Shown here: positions 57,123 to 64,000 of the stretch, piece by piece | Layout: the number at the start of each line of letters is the position of its first letter | Numbering within the stretch: the first letter of the stretch is position 1 | Assembly (NCBI GenBank): GCA_963681965.1 | Contig: OY820579.1 | Coordinates: forward strand, 1,920,001-1,984,000 | Reading direction: 5' to 3' | DNA length: 64,000 nucleotides | From: a bacterium | GTDB taxonomy: Bacteria; Electryoneota; JAOADG01 | The notes under the pieces: generated by a model | Database searches by the model: none | The model's input: the letters and a program-made list of their open reading frames with translations, nothing else | What the model was told of the DNA's origin: nothing | Position numbers and translations under genes: made by a program

Positions 57123-58067
57123 TTAGTACCGAACAACGGCACCGATCATCAAATTCCGGTTTGTAAGTATCGTGCGATCAAAGTAAAACCAATTTTCGGG
57201 GTAATGATACAAATCATATCCCAGTAATTGGGTATTATCGTAATTAACCAGAATCGATTGTGAAAAATCAGGTCCTTCATTTTGCTTCAGCGAGATATAA
57301 TAAGGGTGATTTCGGAGTAAGTAGTGCGGATTGTCAAAATACGCTGTATCCAAACCCTTGCTTAATCTGTAGTTTCCGGCAAGTATTTCGACTGAGTCCA
57401 TCAATTCCCCGGGACCAGTTCCGTTATCGGCGTACAAGCAGACAAGGAGATTGATTGGATGAGCACTATTATTCGTCGATACGGCAAATCGGACAAATAA
57501 TAAACTGCAATTTTGAGTCGGAGTTAATTTCACTGCGTATTCTAAAGTTGTATCCGACTGATCCGGTAATGGCCACCCTTCGGCAATATTCGGTACCGAT
57601 TCACCGGAGAAATGTTGAAGGGTATGGATACCGATCAACCCCGGCATCGAATCAACCACATATACAAAGAGCGTTGGTGACCATCCGACATTCATCGCGC
57701 GGTCGAAAGCGCGAGCTTGCAATGTATACATTCCTCGCGTTAAAGTCGTGAGAGTTGTATTCCATGCGACTCGGTAATAGGGTGGTGCGGGAGGTAGAAC
57801 TTTGAAACCCGGTACTGAATCGCGACCATTAACAAAGAACTCAACACTATCCACAACCGAATTGTCATATGCATTAAGCTCTAAAGTGTCTTGATCGCGA
57901 ATTGTATCGCCACCCGCCGGATAGCGCCAATTCAGAATGGGTGGCTGCGTGTCTTGAACGTTCGCATCGCGCCCCGCGGGACCCGAAGGACCTTCGCATC
58001 CAATCCAGATCAACGCGAGCAATATGACGATTGCAACTTCGACCAAATATGATTTTTTAAATTGCAT
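57123..58067 (-). CDS. Lipoprotein with Ig-like domain
   Basis: WIGC lipobox, GPSGPAG, DTQPP..AYDN..VEFFVNG..WNT..LQARAFDRAMN. Confidence 0.75.
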   Translation of the reverse strand: MQFKKSYLVEVAIVILLALIWIGCEGPSGPAGRDANVQDTQPPILNWRYPAGGDTIRDQDTLELNAYDNSVVDSVEFFVNGRDSVPGFKVLPPAPPYYRVAWNTTLTTLTRGMYTLQARAFDRAMNVGWSPTLFVYVVDSMPGLIGIHTLQHFSGESVPNIAEGWPLPDQSDTTLEYAVKLTPTQNCSLLFVRFAVSTNNSAHPINLLVCLYADNGTGPGELMDSVEILAGNYRLSKGLDTAYFDNPHYLLRNHPYYISLKQNEGPDFSQSILVNYDNTQLLGYDLYHYPENWFYFDRTILTNRNLMIGAVVRY

Positions 58068-58752
58068 TGCGGATTCCCATCACAGTTTCTTCTACCCCGA
58101 ATAACATCGCTTTTGCCCAGAAGTCGTCGCCAATGACCAATCCTTCCAGTTCCGGAATCGCCCGGAGTACTGATAATGTTTCAGTATGTAATGCCGTGTC
58201 GCACCAAATTGTAAGACCAAGCTTCCACGCTGCTAATGCCGCATCCCGCCAGCTCCCCTGTATGGTTCTCCGGTCGGGTCCATGCAGCGAGCGCCAGTCG
58301 CGAGTATCCATTTCGACACCGAAACAGCGAATCTTGGCAGCACGCTTCAACTCGGATAAATCGGGACGAATTTTCACGATACATTCGCTTCCTTGCTCCC
58401 GAATCATCTTGACAATTTCCGGTAGATCGTATTTTTCGTCGTTGAGCGAGATCGGTTGAATCGGATCGTTTGCAGAGATATCGCACAAGGTGACCCGCTC
58501 GGGATGCAATTCGAGAAATCGTTGAACTGTCTCCCGTACGGGAAGAACCCTGATGCCTAGTGGCAAGTCTACCGTTTCACGCATCCGTTGTAACTCACGC
58601 AACAAGTCGTTCGATGGTTCCGTGAGTGCGTCCACTTCCAGCGATGCCACGCCGGCGCGATTAAGCGTGAATGCGACAGCAGTTAAGTCGGGTTCCGGTT
58701 GTCGCGCTGTTCGGAACCGTAAGACCGGGGATATTCTGACCGATAGTTTCAA
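58057..58752 (-). CDS. pdxJ: PdxJ (pyridoxine 5'-phosphate synthase)-like protein with degenerate active site
   Basis: Colinear with PdxJ throughout (EPD, AGV, HPERVTL, VEMDT, KLGL, AIPELEGLVIG, AMLFG) but most conserved catalytic residues are replaced; TTG start. Confidence 0.75.
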   Translation of the reverse strand: MKLSVRISPVLRFRTARQPEPDLTAVAFTLNRAGVASLEVDALTEPSNDLLRELQRMRETVDLPLGIRVLPVRETVQRFLELHPERVTLCDISANDPIQPISLNDEKYDLPEIVKMIREQGSECIVKIRPDLSELKRAAKIRCFGVEMDTRDWRSLHGPDRRTIQGSWRDAALAAWKLGLTIWCDTALHTETLSVLRAIPELEGLVIGDDFWAKAMLFGVEETVMGIRNAI

Positions 58753-58867
58753 GAGACTCTCTTACAATTTGAAAGTGATCCGTGATTGATTGCTAAGGGT
58801 GAATTATTGTTCAAATTTGCGAATATTATTGGATCGATGCAATATTCGGCTCGCGACGACCAAAACC

Positions 58868-59371
58868 CTAAAAATCATCATGCCACGAGGTAAACCGGAA
58901 CTTCCCGTCAGATTCCTTGCGGGTTTCGAATCGGGCAATGCCATATACCGGCAATTGACCTCCAAGTTCAAGGTTAAACGACACTTGGAAAGATACAACG
59001 GTGTCGGCACCTTTAAAGTTCAGCAGTTCCTGCGGAAGACTGCCGAGCGTCAACCGGATGTCTTCGTAGCTACGTAACAGCGCACCTGTCGTTTGTAAGT
59101 CGGTGATCCGGTACCACTGTTCGAACCGACCATTGTCGGGATCGTAGTAAACGAAAATAAAGCTTTCCGACAAACAATCGGAGTATCGTGTAGAATCGCG
59201 ATAGACGTAGCTATTCACAAAATTTGTCAGTAATCCACCAACGGAACTCTGATCGCTCCATAATCCGGTTTGTCCGTCACCTAGTTTCGGAGCAAACGGA
59301 TTGTGAGTACATCCTGCGATAAGCAGAATGCCGATTAAGGTGAAACAGATCGTTGCGAGTAATTGTCTCAT
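58868..59371 (-). CDS. Hypothetical lipoprotein (possible NTF2/SnoaL-like fold)
   Basis: IAGC lipobox, NPFAP, LLTNF..SY.YRDS..Y..CL..F.F.Y, C-terminal W.DD. Confidence 0.75.
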   Translation of the reverse strand: MRQLLATICFTLIGILLIAGCTHNPFAPKLGDGQTGLWSDQSSVGGLLTNFVNSYVYRDSTRYSDCLSESFIFVYYDPDNGRFEQWYRITDLQTTGALLRSYEDIRLTLGSLPQELLNFKGADTVVSFQVSFNLELGGQLPVYGIARFETRKESDGKFRFTSWHDDF

Positions 59372-59399
59372 TACGAGATTTCGGTTCGATCAAACTGGA

Positions 59400-60017
59400 T
59401 TACAAACTCCCCTTCCATTCCGCGATCGTCGGTTCGCTTCCTTGCCGGTAATCGTGCCAAGTCTGAATCACATACCCGCCATCGGAACCACGGATTAGAT
59501 TTAATACGGCTCGACCCGACACTGCCCGGGGTATCGATAAGACTGTTCCGAGCTGGATTCGATAGAGAAATTCTACTTGAACGCCATCGGTGCCGGGTAA
59601 TTCCGAGCGAAGATTGAAATCGGTTTCGGCAACACTATCGATCGGTAAATTCGATCTGGACAACAGCGTTTTAGCGAATTGCTGTTCCCGGGAAATATCG
59701 AAGCTGTCCAACACGACGCCATATCGAATTCGCGATTCATCGTCGGGATAATATCGATAGCTGGTCGAATTATCGAATTCCAGCAAATACAGATTCGCGT
59801 TTCGTTGTGTAATGGCTTCGGAAAGTTGGGTCAACAAATCTGCCGGAGTTAGCGGTGGAATGCGACCCCCCGAATCCTGTAAGGGCGATTCGGCATTCTT
59901 GCTATCGAAAAACAGACATCCCGATCCGATCGCGACGATCAATATCAGACCGAGACCAAGTAATCCCATCTTAAAAATCTGGCTATTGATTCCGGACTTG
60001 TGGTCGCCAATTTTCAT
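59400..60017 (-). CDS. Hypothetical lipoprotein (start 60017 or 59969)
   Basis: GSGC lipobox-like; layout similar to the neighbour (LL..L..AI..RN..Y; C-terminal W.D). Confidence 0.7.
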   Translation of the reverse strand: MKIGDHKSGINSQIFKMGLLGLGLILIVAIGSGCLFFDSKNAESPLQDSGGRIPPLTPADLLTQLSEAITQRNANLYLLEFDNSTSYRYYPDDESRIRYGVVLDSFDISREQQFAKTLLSRSNLPIDSVAETDFNLRSELPGTDGVQVEFLYRIQLGTVLSIPRAVSGRAVLNLIRGSDGGYVIQTWHDYRQGSEPTIAEWKGSL

Positions 60018-60702
60018 CGACAGCACCCATGTGGACAGGTAATCCAAACCATCGAAACAACTCGACAAAAATTCGGTCGAGTACGCCGTTCAAGCCTTCG
60101 GGAAAATCATCCGAGGTGATGCTCATTCGGGCTTCAAATGGTGGTACAATACCGCGAACCTTCAAGGCTGAAACGCGAACTTCGGGTAATCGATACATCC
60201 CAGTGAAATGGAGTGTAAAACCGGTACAGTGTTCAAATTGGACTTTTACCGATGCGAATTCGTTGTAGTCTGCAAGACGATACAGTTCACGACCGGAATA
60301 CAGAAAATGCAGGAAGTGTTCAGCCACTTTCGGGGCATGCAACAAACCACCACGGTCGTCGCCGCGAATGTATGCTTGAGAATCGAGGATACCGGACATC
60401 ACATAGCGATAACTGGAGAAATCGAACGTTCGAGTCAAAATAGTTTCGCGACCAATGAATTCGCGTGCGATTTGTTCGATCATTGTCGCCGTCTGACGCG
60501 GTTCGCCCATCGTTCGGAACAATTCCGGTAAGCCCGAAGATCCACCAAAAGGGACGATCCCGTCCACCTTTCGGGATCGACGGAACAATTCAAACCATTT
60601 ATTCGAATTGTCTTCGATCGAACGACGAATACTCACTTCCGGTTGCATCGCAAACGTGAAACTCCCAAATCGACGAGATAGCGAAAATTGATGCTGCGGC
60701 AT
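59983..60702 (-). CDS. Hypothetical protein
   Basis: 239-aa ORF filling the gap in a co-oriented cluster; no motif recognised. Confidence 0.6.
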   Translation of the reverse strand: MPQHQFSLSRRFGSFTFAMQPEVSIRRSIEDNSNKWFELFRRSRKVDGIVPFGGSSGLPELFRTMGEPRQTATMIEQIAREFIGRETILTRTFDFSSYRYVMSGILDSQAYIRGDDRGGLLHAPKVAEHFLHFLYSGRELYRLADYNEFASVKVQFEHCTGFTLHFTGMYRLPEVRVSALKVRGIVPPFEARMSITSDDFPEGLNGVLDRIFVELFRWFGLPVHMGAVDENWRPQVRNQ

Positions 60703-60723
60703 AAGCGAGTATTACTTTGTCGA

Positions 60724-61602
60724 TTAATTGTCGAACTGTATTGATATTCTGGTCGTCGATCCCAGATCGTTTTTAAACGGAACGATTCCAAGATTGATTT
60801 TCAAATTGCGCCAGGTGGCTCCGACTCCGTAGGAAATACCCTGCGAATCGTATCCGAATTGATAACCACCACGTAACGAAAGAATGTGTAGTATTTGTGC
60901 TTCAAGCCCAATTCCGGCACGAATTTTTTCTTGCTGCATCCGAATTTCGCCAGCACCGACCAACACCGTTCCAGCTGGAAAATCGTGGCTATATTCTACT
61001 CCGCCGCGAATGATCGACGAACTTTTTCCGCTGGTTTCCGCCGCACCGATGTGTTGCAACGCTAGTCCACCGGTCAAATTGGGCAGCATATCGTACTGAA
61101 TACCGTACGATGTGCGCCATTCGGTTGCGACATCGTCCTCGATCCGGCTGTAGCGGTAATTGACTTCGATACCACCGCGAATCTTCTCTTTGAATGACCT
61201 TGCCAGTGCGATTCCTAAATCGGACTCCCGCACCCCAAAAGTTCCTTGCGGTGTAAATGTCGGTTGATCGCGTCGTTCCAAGTCTTCCGATGAGGCACTA
61301 CGTATCGTCGTGCCCAGTGCCCAGTCATGCCAACGCAACGATCCCGCAACATGAGTACCGCGGATATCGGCGATCCACTGATGAGATCCGAAGACCGCAC
61401 CACCGATTTTTCCGGTGGCAATTCCCGCAGGATTGCTCCAGATCGCAGCCGGTCCGATGCCGCTTGCCAATGTCGCCTCGCCTAGCGCGGCAGCACGTCC
61501 ATCGGGTTCGACATCAAGCATGGTTGTTGCATACGTGGTAGAGCCAATCGCCAGCGCGAAGAGCCACCAAAATATTTGTTTCAAAATTCCTCCTATCCGC
61601 AT
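60724..61602 (-). CDS. PorV/PorQ-family outer membrane beta-barrel
   Basis: Signal peptide, GRAAALGEA..AIWSNPAG motif, amphipathic beta strands, LRGGY, aromatic residue near C-terminus. Confidence 0.85.
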   Translation of the reverse strand: MRIGGILKQIFWWLFALAIGSTTYATTMLDVEPDGRAAALGEATLASGIGPAAIWSNPAGIATGKIGGAVFGSHQWIADIRGTHVAGSLRWHDWALGTTIRSASSEDLERRDQPTFTPQGTFGVRESDLGIALARSFKEKIRGGIEVNYRYSRIEDDVATEWRTSYGIQYDMLPNLTGGLALQHIGAAETSGKSSSIIRGGVEYSHDFPAGTVLVGAGEIRMQQEKIRAGIGLEAQILHILSLRGGYQFGYDSQGISYGVGATWRNLKINLGIVPFKNDLGSTTRISIQFDN

Positions 61603-61659
61603 TGCTTAAACGATGTCAACGCGCGATAGTACCTCCTTGGATTAATGGTTTTCGGTCGA

Positions 61660-63162
61660 TCATTCCCACACGCTGCCGCCGATAAATTCGCGAATCACAC
61701 TGTGCAACGGGATTGCCCGGGCATCGATCGGGCGAACCAAATCGAGCATTGTTTGGATGCGTTCGGCATGACCCGCTGCTGCATCGGTAAATTGCGTCAT
61801 TCCCATCAAGTGCAACGCTGGTGTTTTCAAACACCCGATTTCGTAGGGTAGCGCGGTATTGAATAGAATATCGGCATTATCCTGATACGGGAAAATCCAC
61901 CGATCTTCTCCTGCTCGGACGCTATCCCAGCGACCGTAGGTCGATTGCGGTGTATGTCCCCGCGTCCGGTAATCGCGTACTAAACGTCGAACCAAGCGAA
62001 TATCGCTAGTCGGAATCCGGCTGTGACGATCGATATTTAAATTGGTCAATGCCGAAACAAAAATACGCACCAGATTACCGGTATTGATTTCTGGCATCAA
62101 ACTCGGATTCAGTCCGTGAATCCCTTCCAAGATCAATACTTCATTGTCGCGTAAATGAACCGATTTCGATCCACGTTGGCTTTGACCATTGATGAAATCG
62201 AACTCCGGTAGAACAATAGTCTCCCCTTTTAACAGTCGGGAAACGTCTTCTGTCAACATCTCGCGATTGAGGCAATCGAAGTGCTCAAAATCGTAATTAC
62301 CAAATTCGTCTTTCGGACATTCCGGACGATTCTTGAAATAGTCGTCCATCTGGATTGGGGTTGAATGGATCGCTTGCGCGCGAAGCTGGATCATTAATCG
62401 GCGTGAAAACGTGGTTTTTCCCGATGAACTGGGTCCGGCAATCAACACAATTCGTGTCTCGGGCATACCGAGTACGATCGAACGCGTGACATCGGTGAGA
62501 TGCTGTTCGTGTAACGCTTCCGAAGTTAAAATCAAACCAGTCGCATCATTTTCGATTTGTAAGTTGAGCGTACCGATATCGTATGAACGGGTTCGCATCC
62601 CCCAATCTTTTGTCTGCATTAAAGTCGCAAATAGTTTTTCCGATGGGACGAATGGGGCAAGTGTGTCCGGATTTTTCCGATCTGGTAATCGTAGTACAAA
62701 ACCTTCGGCAAACGGTTCGAGCGCGAAAGTGCTGATATGCGCTAGATCCTGATCCATTTCACCCGGAAACCAAGCTTCACACCCATTTAATCGCCAAAGT
62801 CGAACGTTTTCCGCACCCGATTGTTCTAGAAGTCGTACGGCACCAGTCCATCCACGCTCTTGGAGACACGATACTGCTTTGCTCCAATTCCAGACAATCG
62901 GTTCGATCGGATGGTTTTCGGCGATAATGCGATGCATTTCCTGTTCGATGGCAGGCAAGTCGATTTCGGCACGGTGTGTGCCGTTCAACGATTTCTTGAG
63001 TGCAGTACAGTACAAACCACCGGCAAACCGACTGTGGACGATGAAATCGTTATCATCGTCGAGTCGTTTCATTGCCGCAAGTAGCAACAACGTGATCGAA
63101 CGCTCTTGCTGGTAAAATAAATTATAACGCGATTCGTGCCCTTCCGGGTAGATCATATCCAT
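61660..63162 (-). CDS. Nucleoside (uridine) kinase with N-terminal ThrRS-like domain
   Basis: AGPSSSGKTT P-loop, DDYF, EGIHGLN, RRLVRD, GEDRWIFPYQ. Confidence 0.9.
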   Translation of the reverse strand: MDMIYPEGHESRYNLFYQQERSITLLLLAAMKRLDDDNDFIVHSRFAGGLYCTALKKSLNGTHRAEIDLPAIEQEMHRIIAENHPIEPIVWNWSKAVSCLQERGWTGAVRLLEQSGAENVRLWRLNGCEAWFPGEMDQDLAHISTFALEPFAEGFVLRLPDRKNPDTLAPFVPSEKLFATLMQTKDWGMRTRSYDIGTLNLQIENDATGLILTSEALHEQHLTDVTRSIVLGMPETRIVLIAGPSSSGKTTFSRRLMIQLRAQAIHSTPIQMDDYFKNRPECPKDEFGNYDFEHFDCLNREMLTEDVSRLLKGETIVLPEFDFINGQSQRGSKSVHLRDNEVLILEGIHGLNPSLMPEINTGNLVRIFVSALTNLNIDRHSRIPTSDIRLVRRLVRDYRTRGHTPQSTYGRWDSVRAGEDRWIFPYQDNADILFNTALPYEIGCLKTPALHLMGMTQFTDAAAGHAERIQTMLDLVRPIDARAIPLHSVIREFIGGSVWE

Positions 63163-63348
63163 ACTGTAGCCTGATCTTGCAAAATACTTCCTCTATTATA
63201 TCGGTGAAATTATCTACTCAGTAGAGTGAACGCACAACTAGTCGGAAAAGTGTCGAAATGCGATACAGCTTGCCGAATTACACCATTAGAAGTTCCAAGA
63301 TAATCGATTTTAACGTATATTAATAGCCTTCGATACAAGGAGATGGAA

Positions 63349-64000
63349 ATGGCGGTGGTCGCATATCAGAAATTAACGGATAAATTCCGCGAAATATCCA
63401 CTTTACAAAGTATTGGTGGTCATTTAGGCTGGGATCAGCAGGTCAATTTACCAGTCAAAGGGATCGAACTGCGCGCACAACAACTGGAGCTGTTGGCAGG
63501 ACTGTCACACGAATGGTTGGTCGCACCCGAGGTGGGCGAGCTGTTCGCTAAAATCGATAGCCAGCTTGGCGAATTGACGCCTGATGAATTGCAGAACTTC
63601 AAACAACTGAAACGGGGCTGGGAACAAGCCACCAAGTTGCCGAAAGAGCTGGTTGAAGAGATTACCCGCGAAACGACATTGGCTCACGAAATCTGGGTTG
63701 GTGCACGCAAGAATAAGGATTTTGGCGCATTTGCTCCGACTTTGGAAAAGTTGATTAATCTCAGTCGAAAACAAGCTGAACTCTGGGCAAAACCGGGACA
63801 GTCACACTACGATGTGTTGATCGACGTTGGCTACGAACAGGATGCGACCGAGGCATATTACCGGAAGATTCTGGGTGGCGTCAAAGATCGATTGGTGCCG
63901 TTAGTACGCAAGATCGCCAATTCCGGCAAGAAAATCGATCAAAGCTTTTTAACCAAACGCGACTACGATACCGATATGCAGAAGAAATTCGGTTCGGCTG
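63349..64000 (+). CDS. Carboxypeptidase M32 (Taq family), runs off the window
   Basis: Not in the ORF track; AGGAG RBS then MAVVAYQKL..LGWDQQVNLP..G..RAQQL..LP.ELVEE..W..AR..DF..FAP.LEK..YDVL. Confidence 0.9.
   Translation, partial: MAVVAYQKLTDKFREISTLQSIGGHLGWDQQVNLPVKGIELRAQQLELLAGLSHEWLVAPEVGELFAKIDSQLGELTPDELQNFKQLKRGWEQATKLPKELVEEITRETTLAHEIWVGARKNKDFGAFAPTLEKLINLSRKQAELWAKPGQSHYDVLIDVGYEQDATEAYYRKILGGVKDRLVPLVRKIANSGKKIDQSFLTKRDYDTDMQKKFGSA

Overview
Bacterial chromosomal window, probably from a flagellated diderm FCB-group lineage outside Bacteroidota (inferred from chemotaxis genes, several C-terminal 'PNPFN' sorting-domain proteins and a PorV-family gene). In order: the 3' part of a chemotaxis operon (cheA-cheW-cheD-cheR-cheD-HDOD-cheY-cheX-like-cheB-cheY-cheX), a DsbD_2/TauE-like membrane protein, a large PAS/GAF hybrid histidine kinase, a GT4 glycosyltransferase, an O-antigen-ligase-like protein, tatA, an MFS transporter, a complete IS1595-family element (25-bp inverted repeats, 8-bp target duplication), sdhCAB, two tandem KimA/KUP-like APC transporters behind a structured leader, a secreted class II glutamine-amidotransferase-like (Ntn) protein, PAP2, mdh, a methyltransferase, two giant secreted repeat proteins, an AT-rich pentapeptide-repeat gene, lat, a four-gene uncharacterised membrane operon (DUF6754-type), fbp, HAD, DUF4438-type protein, a PdxJ homolog lacking catalytic residues, a PorV-family/lipoprotein cluster, a nucleoside kinase and the start of an M32 carboxypeptidase. 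No rRNA, tRNA or CRISPR array was seen. Best candidates for undescribed biology: the four-gene membrane operon, the secreted Ntn hydrolase, the leader RNA of the K+ transporter pair, and two apparent pseudoenzymes (CheD, PdxJ). All family calls come from motif recognition by eye; no database search was run.
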